A stretch of DNA of 64,000 nt from a candidate division FCPU426 bacterium (GCA_030637655.1 DAOWGI010000004.1:1-64000), one strand, 5' to 3'; counted from the first letter of the stretch, positions 8,577 to 19,453 are shown. Program-made: numbers and translations. Notes: a model not told the origin generated them from the sequence alone.

Positions 8577-10196
8577 ATGAACGATATGAGTTACGCAAGT
8601 GAAATCAGTAAAAGAAGGACCTTTGCCATCATCAGCCATCCGGATGCCGGGAAAACCACGCTGACGGAAAAATTTCTGCTTTTTGCCGGCGCCATTCAAA
8701 GCGCCGGGGCGGTTAAATCCAACAAGATCAAAAAAAGCACCATGTCCGATTTTATGGAAATCGAGCGCCAGCGTGGTATTTCGGTCGCCTCAGCGGTTAT
8801 GAGCTTTGAATACCGTGGTTTGAAAATAAATTTATTGGACACCCCGGGACACAAGGATTTTTCGGAAGATACCTACCGGACGCTGACGGCTGTGGACAGC
8901 GTGATACTCATTGTGGACAGCGTCAAAGGGGTTGAAGAACAAACGGAAAATTTGATGAAAGTCTGCCGGATGCGAAAAACCCCGGTGATTATTTTTATCA
9001 ACAAGCTTGATCGCGAGGGGCGCAGCTCCTTTGATTTGCTGGACGAAATTGAGAGTAAAATAGCGCTTAAGGTTCTGCCTTTGAGCTGGCCTATCAGCCG
9101 CGGCGCGGATTTCAAAGGTGTTTATAGTCTATATGAGAAAAAAATCCGGCTTTTCGATATTCATCCAACCGAGGCTGAGGACGCGATTACGATCTCTGAT
9201 TTGCACAGTGCAGAGTTGGAAAGGACAGTCGGGGAGGTGTTGGCCGGCCAATTGCGCGAGGATGTGGAATTACTTAGCGGAGTTTACGGTTTTTTTGAAA
9301 AGCAACAGTATCTGGCGGGAGAAGTGGCGCCGGTATTTTTCGGCAGCGCGCTGAACAATTTTGGTGTCAAGGAACTGCTGGATACGTTTGTTGATATCGC
9401 GCCGTTGCCCATGCCCCGCGACTCGGATCAACGCGCCATCCTGCCGGAGGAAGAGGCCTTTAGCGGGTTTGTCTTTAAAATTCACGCCAACTTGGATCTG
9501 CGCCATCGCGATCGTATCGCTTTTTTGAGAGTTTGTTCCGGAAAATTCGAACGGAACAAATTTTACCGGCACGTGCGTCTGAAAACCAATCTGCGCTTTT
9601 CTAATCCAGCCAGCTTTCTGGGGCAGAAAAAAGACGTGATTGACGAAGCCTATCCCGGTGATGTGATCGGCCTGTATGACCGTGGAAATTTTAAAATCGG
9701 CGATACTCTGACCGACGGGGCGGCATTCACGTTTCAAGGCATTCCCAGTTTTTCCCCGGAGATCTTCCGGGAACTTATCAAAACCGCCTTAACCGGCAAG
9801 CAATTGGAAAAAGGAATTAAGCATCTCACTGACGAGGGCGTGGCGCAGTTGTTCACCATGGATGACGGTCGGCGCAAGATTATCGGCACTGTAGGGCAGC
9901 TTCAATTTGAGGTTATCCAGTACCGTCTGGAACATGAGTACGGAGCCAAATGCCGGTTTGAGCCACTGGCTTTTTACAAGGCCTGCTGGATTACGTCACA
10001 CAATCTTATCCAGTGGGAAGACTTTTGCCGGTACAGATCCGACCGTATCGGTCTGGATAAAGACGGGCGTCCGGTTTTTTTCGTTGAATCGGAATGGATG
10101 CTGCATCATTATATAAAACAATATGCGGATATTGATTTTCGCCTAACCTCAGAGATCAAGGCCGTGCCTCCGGCAAAAGAGACTGCGATGGCGTAA
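8577..10196 (+). CDS. prfC: Peptide chain release factor 3
   Basis: [56 protein letters not shown]. Confidence 0.97.
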   Translation: MNDMSYASEISKRRTFAIISHPDAGKTTLTEKFLLFAGAIQSAGAVKSNKIKKSTMSDFMEIERQRGISVASAVMSFEYRGLKINLLDTPGHKDFSEDTYRTLTAVDSVILIVDSVKGVEEQTENLMKVCRMRKTPVIIFINKLDREGRSSFDLLDEIESKIALKVLPLSWPISRGADFKGVYSLYEKKIRLFDIHPTEAEDAITISDLHSAELERTVGEVLAGQLREDVELLSGVYGFFEKQQYLAGEVAPVFFGSALNNFGVKELLDTFVDIAPLPMPRDSDQRAILPEEEAFSGFVFKIHANLDLRHRDRIAFLRVCSGKFERNKFYRHVRLKTNLRFSNPASFLGQKKDVIDEAYPGDVIGLYDRGNFKIGDTLTDGAAFTFQGIPSFSPEIFRELIKTALTGKQLEKGIKHLTDEGVAQLFTMDDGRRKIIGTVGQLQFEVIQYRLEHEYGAKCRFEPLAFYKACWITSHNLIQWEDFCRYRSDRIGLDKDGRPVFFVESEWMLHHYIKQYADIDFRLTSEIKAVPPAKETAMA

Positions 10197-10242
10197 GGCC
10201 GTGGGGACGTGGATAGGGATATGTCAGTGAACCAATGGAAAG

Positions 10243-10344
10243 AAAATTAACCGCCGATGAACGCGGATAGACGCAGATATTTATAGCTTAAGAGATAAAA
10301 AGAATTTAATCTGTATTTATCGGCGTTCATCGGCGGTTAATTTT
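10243..10344. repeat. Long imperfect palindrome (REP-like element or terminator downstream of prfC)
   Basis: aaaattaaccgccgatgaacgc...gcgttcatcggcggttaatttt inverted arms. Confidence 0.75.
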
Positions 10345-10367
10345 GGTTCCGGTTTATCCGAATTAGG
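10341..10367. repeat. Short dispersed repeat; inverted copy at 54296-54322
   Basis: ttttggttccggtttatccgaattagg versus the reverse complement of ttaacccggacaagccggaaccaaaa. Confidence 0.55.
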
Positions 10368-10412
10368 TTTTTTCCGCTTCACTGACATGATGCTCCTTTC
10401 TGTTAATCCATC

Positions 10413-10442
10413 TTGACACCCAATACTCATCGGTGGTACCAT
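10413..10442 (+). promoter_or_regulatory. Putative sigma70 promoter for the ubiA-GT operon
   Basis: TTGACA-N18-TACCAT with TG just upstream of the -10 box. Confidence 0.5.
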
Positions 10443-10485
10443 TTTTCCAACATCTCCATAATAAACTTATTCTACAAGGAAAATC

Positions 10486-11358
10486 ATGAAGCAGCTGACT
10501 GCGGTTCTTCAATTGATACGGCCCAAGCAGTGGACCAAGAATTTGGTGGTCTTTGCCGGGTTGATGTTTACCGGCAGTTTTTTTAATCTTGAGCTTTTTC
10601 TGCGTGTTTCGCAGGCTTTTGTGATCTTCTGTCTGGCAGCCGGCGCGATCTATATTTTAAATGATATAAAGGATACAGAGAGTGACCAACAACATCCGGA
10701 AAAGAAAAAACGGCCTTTAGCTGCTAAAAAGATCAAGCCCCGGACCGCACTGATTGTCTCTATGTTCTTATTGCTTGTGAGCTTGGGCTGGAGTTTTCTA
10801 ATCGCGCCGATCTTTTTCTACTCAGTACTGGGGTATATTCTGCTCAATTTTGCTTATACTTGGGGCTTGAAAAACCATGTAATTTTAGATGTGTTTATCG
10901 TGACCTGCGGTTTTGTAATCCGCGCGGCAGCCGGTGCCTGGATTATTGAGGCGCCCATCTCGCCCTGGCTCTTGATCGTGACCACCTTGCTGGCGCTCTT
11001 TCTGGGTTTCGCCAAACGCCGGCACGAGTTGATCACCATGGGCGATCATGCGACCAAGCATCGGAAATCTTTGGGCGAGTACTCGCCGGAATTATTGGAT
11101 CAGTTCATGAGTGTGGTGGCCTCATCCACCATTATCGCGTACTCTTTGTATGCCTTTACCTCAACCACTGCGCAAGAGTACCACTATTTGATGCTTACTA
11201 TTCCGTTTGTGATCTACGGAATTCTGCGTTATCTGTATCTGGTGTATCAACGCAATCTGGGCGGCGCGCCGGAATTGATTTTGTTACGGGACAAACCCTT
11301 GATAACTGTCATTTTGCTCTGGGTACTGACAGTGGGTTTTATTATTCACTTAGGATAG
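10486..11358 (+). CDS. Decaprenyl-phosphate phosphoribosyltransferase (UbiA prenyltransferase family)
   Basis: LIRPKQWTKNLVVF, YILNDIKDxxxDxxHPEKKKRPLA, FAKRRHEL, TIPFVIYGILRYL; multiple TM segments. Confidence 0.9.
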   Translation: MKQLTAVLQLIRPKQWTKNLVVFAGLMFTGSFFNLELFLRVSQAFVIFCLAAGAIYILNDIKDTESDQQHPEKKKRPLAAKKIKPRTALIVSMFLLLVSLGWSFLIAPIFFYSVLGYILLNFAYTWGLKNHVILDVFIVTCGFVIRAAAGAWIIEAPISPWLLIVTTLLALFLGFAKRRHELITMGDHATKHRKSLGEYSPELLDQFMSVVASSTIIAYSLYAFTSTTAQEYHYLMLTIPFVIYGILRYLYLVYQRNLGGAPELILLRDKPLITVILLWVLTVGFIIHLG

Positions 11359-11361
11359 GAT

Positions 11362-14300
11362 ATGAAGAAGACAAAAAAACCAACTTCCCAGCTAAGCACC
11401 AAAAAGACCGGAAAAAAAACTAAAAAAAAAGCGGTACTCTTAAAACCTGTGGCGAAAAAAGCAGTTAAAAAAACCATAGTAAAAGGCAAGGTCACGGTAA
11501 AAAAAGGGATTACTTTTCGCACCCCAATTAAAAAAACCAAAGTGGCCGGCAAAACTAAACGTCTGTCCATACGCAGGCCGAAGGCCGAATCCGGTCTGAG
11601 CCGGTGGTTGAAGGAACAATGGCAGGCACTGAAAAATTTTGCGCAGCGCGAACCGGAAAGTGCCTGGTTTAGCGCTGTACTGCTGGCGGCCATGATTCTG
11701 CGCTTTATACAGCCGGATTGGTATATTGAGCGGCAGTTTCATCCGGATGAACGCTGGATTTTTGGTGTGGTCAGCCAACTCTCCTATCCGCAAGCGCCCA
11801 TTGGTCTGCAGTATGGCACTTTTCCCTTGTACTTGCTGGCTCTGATCAAAGATTTTGTGCTCATGATCGCGACCATGTTCGGTCACTTTGATGCGAATCG
11901 TTTTGTGATTGCGGGCGGCCGCGTGCTGTCCGGTTGTTTTGATCTGGTCACAGTCTTCTTTACGTATCTGATCGGACGACGTCTGGTCGCGGGCAGCATG
12001 GGCCGGAAGGTCGGTCTGCTGGCAGCGCTCTTTTTGACCTTCACGGTTTTAAATATTCAGATGGCGCATTACTTTGTGGTGGACGTACCGCTCGGCATGC
12101 TGGTCGCGGCTACGCTCTATTTTTCCATAGGTATTGCACAAACCCAAAGGCGTCTGGAATATATTTTGGCCGGGTTAAGTATTGGTCTGGCCATGGCCAC
12201 CAAGACTTCGGCCGCGCCCCTGGCAGTAGGAGTGGGTATCGCGCACCTGATTGGAATGAGTCAGGTGAAGCCGGGTGAGCGCAGGCGCCTGTGGCAGGAT
12301 TTTGGTCTGGCAATTGGCGTGTCCATAATTGCTTTCTTAGCCGCCATGCCGCACGCGATTCTGGATTGGGACAAATTTTGGAGCAATCAGAATGAGCAGA
12401 GCCGCATCCTGGTTACGGGCGCGGCGGATGTGCCGTACAACCGCCAATATCTGCATACTACGCCTTACTTGTATTACTTTAAAAATTTAATCCAATACAC
12501 CATGGGCCATTTTTTGGGCCTGCTCTCTATACTCACCTTTATTGGTTATCCGATTCTGGGACTGGTGGGTGTAGGCAAGTTCGGCATAAAGCAGCAGTGG
12601 AAAAAAGCGCTCAATAGCATCCAAGCCAATGCCGGTCTCTGGATTATTTTAAGTTATGCTTTGGTTTACTTTTGTGTTGTGGGCACCTCGTTTGCCAAAT
12701 TCAATCGCTATATGTTGCCGCTCACTCCGATATTCTGTTTGCTGGCAGCGCATGCGTTGGTCCGGCTTAAGGCCAAGGTCACGATGGGCTGGCCTAAAAA
12801 GGCGGTTGCCGTTTTCATTGTTCTGGTGGTGGGTGGAACTGTCTTGTGGAGTCTGGCGTTTGTTTCCATTTATCAACGCGAGCATCCCTGGATTGCGGCC
12901 AGCCGTTGGATTCAGGAAGAGTTGCCGGCTGAGACATTGGAAAATGGGCGCAGGCACAACACCGCGATTTTAAATGAAGAGTGGGGCGATGATCTGCCCA
13001 CGCATGTGCAGGGCATTCATCCCAAACGCTTCCGCCTGAACAAGTTCTCTGTGCAAGAGCCGGACAATCCGCGCAAGCGTCAAATGATAATTGATATGCT
13101 GCCCAAAAATGATCTGATTGTCATGGCTGACACGCGTGCGCATGTTGTGTACCGCAGACTGACGGAACGCTATCCGATCAATGCGGCTTATTATGAATTG
13201 ATGTTTGAGGAGAAGCTGGGTTACAAACTGGCAGCTGAGTTTAAAAATTATCCGGGTATTTTTGGTTTAGTGTTTCCGGATGATAAGGCGGACGAGAGTT
13301 TTACTTTGTATGATCATCCGCATGTATATCTCTTTCAGCGCCAAATCCCCACGCTCTCGATCGCGGAAATAACCCGGCGTCTGGATCAGCGGACCGCGAA
13401 AATCAAAGCACGCGGCGCGCAATTTAAAAAAGCGGCGCCCAAAAAAGCGTTACCGGATAAACCAAAGCTTCAGGCCACCCCCTTGCCCACGGTGGTGAAT
13501 AAAAATATTGGCAAGACCAAGGGCAGACCTAAGTTTATCTTAGGCAAGCTTAATGGCTTCACGGCTGCCGCGGCCTGGATCTTGCTTCTTGAGATTATTG
13601 GTTTATTGACCATTCCTTTATGTTTGAGTCTGTTTCCACGTTTGCCGGATTCCGGGGTGGCGCTCTCTAAGATTATTGGCACACTGATTTTAGCCTGGAC
13701 CACCTGGTTTCTTGTATCTGCCGGAATTTTTGAGCACCGGCAAAGTACCACCCTGCTCATACTTGTGATCTTAGGCGGTATTTCGGTGTATTGGGCTTTA
13801 AAGCGCAGGACGGAAATTGAGGAGTTTATCGCGCAACGCGGCAAGCTGTGGTTAAGCGCAGAGATTGTTTTTTTGGTGGCCTTTGTCGGGTATCTGCTGA
13901 CCAAACTCTACAATCCGGATATTAACAATCCTTTTGGTCAGGGCTACAATGGCGGCGGAGAACCCATGGGCATCAGTTTCTTCAGCGCGGTTTTTTACAG
14001 TGTGCATTTCCCGCCGTATGATCCCTGGCTCTCCGGGTATTCGATCAATTACTATTACTATGGCCAGGTTATTTTAGGTGTGCTGGCCAAACTGATTGGT
14101 GTGACCCCAAAGTGGTCCTATCAAATTTGTATCTCCTTGTTGTTTGCCCTTACCCTAACCGGGGTGTATGGTCTGGGTTTTGGCCTGACCGGCAAACGGC
14201 GCTGGGGTATTGTGGCCGCTATTGCGGCCGGCATGCTGGGTAATCTGCATACCTTTTTTTATATTCTGGAACCAATGAACCGAGGTATGAATTGGAATGA

Positions 14301-16107
14301 GATTTTTAATAGTATTGGCCGGGTAGGGGCTGATACCTGGCAACATATCGGACGCTTTGAGTTTGTCTGGAATCCCACCCGCTTGATCAAGGGGACCATT
14401 AATGAAATGCCCTGGTTCTCATTTTTATATGGTGACCTGCATGCGCATATTATTGCGATTCCATATTCCTTGCCCATCATTGGCTGGGGTTTGAATGTCT
14501 TGCTGCCGGCTAATCAGAAGACTCAGCTTATGCCGGAAGCTCCCGGCCGGAACGGAACGGAACGCGGTTTGACTTTCTTTGTGACAGCCCTGACCTTGGG
14601 CGCTTTGTCAGCGATCAATACCTGGAATTTTCCGCCCTACGCGCTTTTAATTCTGGGGGTTCTCATAGCTAAAGCATTGCAAGAGCGCAAGGGTCGTGCC
14701 ATGCCATGGAAAGCTTTGGGCCCGGCAATCCTGGGTTGGCTGCGTTTGGTCATCGGCGGCTTGCTTTTACTCTTTTTCTTTCACAAGAATTTTGCTCCGC
14801 AATCCACAAGCCTGGCTTTTGTTAATCCGGAAGTGCGCACGCATATAAGTGAATTGCTGCAATTCTTTGCTTTGGTCATCTTCCTGCTCAGTACCTTCTG
14901 GGCCATGCACTTGGTTCCGGTGGCACGTAATCTGATTACACGCTTAGGCTGGAAACCCAAAGCGCGCAAACCCTGGTGGGATAAAATGCTGTTGGTAATA
15001 CAGACCGGCTGGGATAAATATCCGCTTGCCGTGTATGGCGCTTTGACAGCGCTGGTTGGTTTTATCCTCTTACTCATGTTCAATCAGTTCACCTTGGCCG
15101 TGCTCTCGATCATCATGCTGACTGCTGTATATGTAACCGGCTGGCGGCCTTTGAGTCCGCAATTGCGTTTGACCATGATCATGGCCGTTATTGGCCTGGG
15201 GATTGTGCTGGGTTGTGAGATCGTGCATATTCGGGATTTCATGGGCGTGGGCGGGGATATGAGCCGCATGAATACAGTGTTTAAATTTTATATTGTGGCC
15301 TGGATTTATTTTGCGCTGGTCTCAGCGGTCATTCTGGCGCAGCTATTTAGCGGCAAAAAAGTGGAAATGAAATTGTGGAAGCAATTGATTGCTAAGCCGC
15401 ATTTCTGGCAATTGCCCGCGGCAGTGTTGGGATTACTGGTTTTTTGGGCAGCAGGAAATTACCAGCAAGAGATGACCGGCATTCCCTGGTTGGGAATTTT
15501 TCTTTTCATTAGTATATTACTCGTACCCTGGGCCTGGGCCTGGTGGCCGAAGAAAATGGAATTGCGTTTGCTCTGGGCCACAGTGTTGGCCGGTATACTT
15601 ATCATTGTTTCCTTGTATCCGCCGATTTCTGTTTACAATCGTATGCGCACCTGTTCTAAATTTAAAAATCCGACTTTAAACGGATTTGCCTATCTCAAGC
15701 ATATGCTGCCGGACGAGGCCCAGGCCTTGGCTTGGATCCGGGAGAATATCAAAGAGACCGCGATTATTCTCGAAGCACCGGGCTACCGGGGCTACAATTG
15801 TTTTGATACCCGCATTGCTATTTTTACCGGTCATCCGACCTTGATCGGCTGGATCGGGCAGGAAGAGCAAATGCGCTACAACAATGAGTTGACCGGAAGC
15901 CATACTCGTGACGCTGAGCTGATCTACCGCACCCTGAATATCCGACAGGCACAGAAAGTGATGGACCGCTATCAGGTCGAGTATGTTTTTGTGGGAAAAA
16001 ACGAGAAAAAGAAATTTCCCGGACAAGGAATTCACAAATTTAACGAGTTTATGAAAACCGTGTATGACCAGGACGGGATCAAGATATATAAACGTAAAAC
16101 CAAATAA
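11362..16107 (+). CDS. Large polytopic membrane protein: Lys-rich N-terminus + ArnT/PMT-like GT-C glycosyltransferase + DUF2298 (YYY) domain
   Basis: FHPDER, HYFVVD, GLAMATK (GT-C); PPYDPWLSGYSINYYYYGQ, INEMPWFSFLYGDLHAH, RMNTVFKFY, TGHPTLIGW (YYY family). Confidence 0.85.
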   Translation: MKKTKKPTSQLSTKKTGKKTKKKAVLLKPVAKKAVKKTIVKGKVTVKKGITFRTPIKKTKVAGKTKRLSIRRPKAESGLSRWLKEQWQALKNFAQREPESAWFSAVLLAAMILRFIQPDWYIERQFHPDERWIFGVVSQLSYPQAPIGLQYGTFPLYLLALIKDFVLMIATMFGHFDANRFVIAGGRVLSGCFDLVTVFFTYLIGRRLVAGSMGRKVGLLAALFLTFTVLNIQMAHYFVVDVPLGMLVAATLYFSIGIAQTQRRLEYILAGLSIGLAMATKTSAAPLAVGVGIAHLIGMSQVKPGERRRLWQDFGLAIGVSIIAFLAAMPHAILDWDKFWSNQNEQSRILVTGAADVPYNRQYLHTTPYLYYFKNLIQYTMGHFLGLLSILTFIGYPILGLVGVGKFGIKQQWKKALNSIQANAGLWIILSYALVYFCVVGTSFAKFNRYMLPLTPIFCLLAAHALVRLKAKVTMGWPKKAVAVFIVLVVGGTVLWSLAFVSIYQREHPWIAASRWIQEELPAETLENGRRHNTAILNEEWGDDLPTHVQGIHPKRFRLNKFSVQEPDNPRKRQMIIDMLPKNDLIVMADTRAHVVYRRLTERYPINAAYYELMFEEKLGYKLAAEFKNYPGIFGLVFPDDKADESFTLYDHPHVYLFQRQIPTLSIAEITRRLDQRTAKIKARGAQFKKAAPKKALPDKPKLQATPLPTVVNKNIGKTKGRPKFILGKLNGFTAAAAWILLLEIIGLLTIPLCLSLFPRLPDSGVALSKIIGTLILAWTTWFLVSAGIFEHRQSTTLLILVILGGISVYWALKRRTEIEEFIAQRGKLWLSAEIVFLVAFVGYLLTKLYNPDINNPFGQGYNGGGEPMGISFFSAVFYSVHFPPYDPWLSGYSINYYYYGQVILGVLAKLIGVTPKWSYQICISLLFALTLTGVYGLGFGLTGKRRWGIVAAIAAGMLGNLHTFFYILEPMNRGMNWNEIFNSIGRVGADTWQHIGRFEFVWNPTRLIKGTINEMPWFSFLYGDLHAHIIAIPYSLPIIGWGLNVLLPANQKTQLMPEAPGRNGTERGLTFFVTALTLGALSAINTWNFPPYALLILGVLIAKALQERKGRAMPWKALGPAILGWLRLVIGGLLLLFFFHKNFAPQSTSLAFVNPEVRTHISELLQFFALVIFLLSTFWAMHLVPVARNLITRLGWKPKARKPWWDKMLLVIQTGWDKYPLAVYGALTALVGFILLLMFNQFTLAVLSIIMLTAVYVTGWRPLSPQLRLTMIMAVIGLGIVLGCEIVHIRDFMGVGGDMSRMNTVFKFYIVAWIYFALVSAVILAQLFSGKKVEMKLWKQLIAKPHFWQLPAAVLGLLVFWAAGNYQQEMTGIPWLGIFLFISILLVPWAWAWWPKKMELRLLWATVLAGILIIVSLYPPISVYNRMRTCSKFKNPTLNGFAYLKHMLPDEAQALAWIRENIKETAIILEAPGYRGYNCFDTRIAIFTGHPTLIGWIGQEEQMRYNNELTGSHTRDAELIYRTLNIRQAQKVMDRYQVEYVFVGKNEKKKFPGQGIHKFNEFMKTVYDQDGIKIYKRKTK

Positions 16108-16112
16108 TATAA

Positions 16113-16172
16113 CGTAGGGGCGGGTTCCAAACCCGCCCGCCAGTATTTCGTAGGGGCGGGGTTATCCCGCCC
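16113..16172. repeat. Two GTAG-type REP hairpins
   Basis: gtaggggcgggttccaaacccgccc and gtaggggcggggttatcccgccc. Confidence 0.75.
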
Positions 16173-16192
16173 ACCAGACAAAGGAGAATAAA

Positions 16193-16507
16193 ATGAGCAA
16201 ACCGAAAAACCCGAACCCAGAACAAGGCATGCAATTGCAGGTTGAGGTGGATGATACAGTCGCGCAGGGTGCGTATTCCAATCTGGCCTTGGTGGCGCAC
16301 AATGCTACAGAGTTTGTGCTGGATTTTATTTTTGTGCAGCCGCAACAGCCAAAGGCCAAAGTACGGGCACGCATTATCAGCTCACCCGGGCATACCAAAC
16401 GCTTTTTGCGCGCGCTCACAGAAAACGTAGCACGCTATGAACAGACTTTCGGCGAGATCAAGGAAGTCACTGCCGGCCCGGACGAGGCTCAGATAAAATT
16501 GCACTAG
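16193..16507 (+). CDS. DUF3467 family protein
   Basis: AQGAYSNLALVAHNATEFVLDF..KAKVRARIISSPGHTKRFLRALTENVARYEQTFGEI. Confidence 0.9.
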   Translation: MSKPKNPNPEQGMQLQVEVDDTVAQGAYSNLALVAHNATEFVLDFIFVQPQQPKAKVRARIISSPGHTKRFLRALTENVARYEQTFGEIKEVTAGPDEAQIKLH

Positions 16508-16663
16508 TTACTGGGCTACGAGAATTTTGATCCAGTATAGCTACTTACTGTGAATAAGACCGCTCTTTTCAGCTTGCCGCACTGCTGAGGGAGAATATCG
16601 TAGGACAAGGAATTCACAAAATAAGCCGGTGAATTTTTTTAATAAGCAGGAAGAGGAACAATC

Positions 16664-17908
16664 GTGCAGGATGTTTATATCACCGGAATAGGTTTTGTTA
16701 CGCCCTTGGGTAACCGGCCACAAAAACTCTGGTCGGCTTTATTGGCAGGCAAGAGTGCGGTTGGTCCAATTACTAAGATGGATGTATCGCATCTGCCGGT
16801 GCGGATTGCAGCTGAAATACCTCCACAGGAGCCGGATGAATTTTTATCTTCACAAGAGCTGAGCAGCTGCCGGCCTTCTACGGCCGTGGGTCTGTCGGCC
16901 GCCCGTCGGGCTTTGGCAGATGCCGGTTTGCTGAATCAACAGCAAAAGTCGGTTGTGCAGTCCATGGATTTTTTTCTAGGCAGCACCAGCGGGCAGCTCT
17001 TTGATCATGAGCAAAGTATGCGCTCCCTTTGGCAAAAGACAAGCCGTGAGTTCCCCTTTACGTCCGAGGATAATTTTAAAAACCAGACTACCTATGGGAT
17101 GGTGCGTGATATAGCCGTACGTTTGGGTTTGCAGGCGCAGGCCTGCATGAACACCAATGCATGCACAGCCGGGGCCTATGCCGTTGCCTGGGGCGCGGAC
17201 AGTATACGCTCCGGACAACAAAGCCGAGTACTCTGTGGAGGGGTTGATTTAATCTCTGAATCCATACTGTCCGGATTTTATAATTTGAAATTAATGGCAG
17301 ATGAAAAAAGCCGCCCGTTCGATATCCAGCAGCAGGGCCTGGTGCTTGGCGAAGCAGCGGCTATGCTGGTTCTGGAGTCTGAAGCTTCCTGGCAAGCACG
17401 CCGAGTCCAGCCCTGGGCCAAACTTGAAGGTTCCGGCTGGTTTCACGAAGCGTATCATATGATTGCTCCGGAACCGCAGGGTCTGGGCAGACAGCACAGC
17501 ATGAGGCGCGCGTTGAGCAGAACCGGGAGGTCCGTTGAAGATGTGGGATGTGTGATTGCGAATGGCTATGGCACCAAGAAAAATGATATGGCTGAATTGG
17601 AGGCCCTGCAAGCGATCTTTGGAAAGACCCGTACGCCTATCACCACTCTGAGGCCGCTTTTAGGTCATTCGCGCGGGGCAGAGAGCGTGTTGGATGTGGC
17701 AATCGCCGTTTTGATATTGCAGAACCAGAAGATTCCGGCCATAACCAATCTGGAGCAGCCATATCCGGAGTATACGCTTCAGCTCGTGAAAGACAAACCC
17801 CAAGATGCCGAAGTCCGGGTGTGCCTGGTAAATAATTTTGGATTTGGCGGCAACACGATAAGTACGCTAGTCGGTGAAGCCGGGACAGAGAAGCGCAGCC
17901 ATGTCTGA
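16664..17908 (+). CDS. Beta-ketoacyl-ACP synthase (FabF/type II KS-like), atypical active site
   Basis: VYITGIG..TPLG, NACTAG (catalytic Cys), SRPFD, GEAAA, LGHSRGA, NNFGFGG; the usual HGTxT is ANGYGT. Confidence 0.88.
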   Translation: MQDVYITGIGFVTPLGNRPQKLWSALLAGKSAVGPITKMDVSHLPVRIAAEIPPQEPDEFLSSQELSSCRPSTAVGLSAARRALADAGLLNQQQKSVVQSMDFFLGSTSGQLFDHEQSMRSLWQKTSREFPFTSEDNFKNQTTYGMVRDIAVRLGLQAQACMNTNACTAGAYAVAWGADSIRSGQQSRVLCGGVDLISESILSGFYNLKLMADEKSRPFDIQQQGLVLGEAAAMLVLESEASWQARRVQPWAKLEGSGWFHEAYHMIAPEPQGLGRQHSMRRALSRTGRSVEDVGCVIANGYGTKKNDMAELEALQAIFGKTRTPITTLRPLLGHSRGAESVLDVAIAVLILQNQKIPAITNLEQPYPEYTLQLVKDKPQDAEVRVCLVNNFGFGGNTISTLVGEAGTEKRSHV

Positions 17909-19082
17909 GCGCATCGTAATCACCGGAGTGTCGGCCATGAATGCCTTGGGAAATGATTCCAAGCTCATGTGCATGCAATTAAACCAAGGAGACAATGACC
18001 CGCAAGCCTTTATCTCCTCACAGCCCGAACTCCAACAGGCCAAATACCGACCTTTGGCCAATGTGCTGGCACCACCAAGTCCCAGCAGTGGTTGGCGTCA
18101 AATGACACGGGCAGCGCAAATGGCCTGTCAGGCTGCGGTTGCCTTGATGCGCGAGAGCGGTCTTTCGTTCTTCTCCTTTTCCCAGGGGTGTGACATCGGA
18201 ATGCTGCAGGCTTTTAATCCGAATATTCACGGGCCCAAAATTCGCAGTCTGTTGATGCAAAAAAATCACCGGTTTATCTCACCGCTATTTTTTACAAACT
18301 TTGCTCCCAACTCCGTGTCGGACCATGTGTCGCGTTTGCTGGGAATTCACGCTTTTAATTACACCATTACCAACGGAGGCACCTCAAGTCTGGAAACCTT
18401 GGGCATGGCCGGGCAAGCTCTGCAGAACGGGCGCGCCCAGGGAATACTAGCCGGCGGGGTTCAGGAAGCCAGTGAGGAATTTGTGCATGGATTTGCTTTT
18501 GGAGGAAAAAGCGGGGGAGCGATCCAGGTCTGGCAAGCGGGTGCCATAACCGTGGGCGAGGGCTGTGCCTGGTTATTTTTAGAAAAAGAGGGAGCAATCA
18601 AAGCGCGTCAGGCCAAACCCCGGGCTTGGCTGCTGGGTTATGGGATGCGGTTCGCACCTGCGGACGCTGGTTCCGGAACCCAAGCCGCAGTGCTGGCAGC
18701 TGTGCAACAAGCCCTGCAGGCTGCCAAGAGCGCACCGGAAAGCATTGGGAGCGTGTTTGTGGCTGCCAATGGGGACGGTGAACAGGATTTGGCTGAAGCG
18801 CTTGCCTTGCGGAAGGTGTTTGGAAATGTCCTGCCACCGGCTGTGGCACTCAAAGGTGCACTGGGAGAGACCCACTTTGCCAGTGGAGCCATGGCTGTGG
18901 TTGCAGCGATTCTCTGTTTGGAAGCCCAGTGTATACCAGCTACCCAATCGCTGGCGCAAGGCAAAGCCGCAGAACTGCTGGGACTGAGTTCTCAGGCGCG
19001 GACTGTATCGGCCCGTCGTGCCCTGGTTTTGTCGGTTGAGCATCCGGGCCAGGCGGCTGCGGTGGTGCTCGAAGTCGCCTGA
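17901..19082 (+). CDS. KS-fold chain-length-factor-like subunit (non-catalytic)
   Basis: RIVITGVSA, SPLFFTNFAPNS, GEGCA, KGALGE; catalytic Cys absent (NGGTSS) and both His absent. Confidence 0.8.
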   Translation: MSERIVITGVSAMNALGNDSKLMCMQLNQGDNDPQAFISSQPELQQAKYRPLANVLAPPSPSSGWRQMTRAAQMACQAAVALMRESGLSFFSFSQGCDIGMLQAFNPNIHGPKIRSLLMQKNHRFISPLFFTNFAPNSVSDHVSRLLGIHAFNYTITNGGTSSLETLGMAGQALQNGRAQGILAGGVQEASEEFVHGFAFGGKSGGAIQVWQAGAITVGEGCAWLFLEKEGAIKARQAKPRAWLLGYGMRFAPADAGSGTQAAVLAAVQQALQAAKSAPESIGSVFVAANGDGEQDLAEALALRKVFGNVLPPAVALKGALGETHFASGAMAVVAAILCLEAQCIPATQSLAQGKAAELLGLSSQARTVSARRALVLSVEHPGQAAAVVLEVA

Positions 19083-19207
19083 TTCATCATACCTGGTATG
19101 CGAATTACCCGCACACCCGAAAAAAATCCGAAAAAAATTATACTGGTTTGCCCCGCTTATTAATGTTACACTTAGAATATTTCCAAAAGGGAGCGTGTAA
19201 TGTTGTT

Positions 19208-19453
19208 ATGTCCGATGTTTTGGAACAAGAGATAAAGAAAATTATTGCCGAGGTGCTGGAAGTTGAACCTGAGGAAATTACCGCCGAAACCTCGACCGAA
19301 CAAATTGCACAATTGGATTCAGTGGCAATGCTGGAAGTGCTGGTCAATATTGAACGTTTTTTTAATATTGAGATTAAAGAAACGGATTTGTCACAAATAA
19401 AACAATTAAGCCAAGTTATTGATCTGGTACGGAAAAAAATGGAAGAAAAATAA
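19208..19453 (+). CDS. Acyl carrier protein
   Basis: About 81 aa, acidic, LDSV phosphopantetheine site, IERFFNIEI. Confidence 0.9.
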   Translation: MSDVLEQEIKKIIAEVLEVEPEEITAETSTEQIAQLDSVAMLEVLVNIERFFNIEIKETDLSQIKQLSQVIDLVRKKMEEK

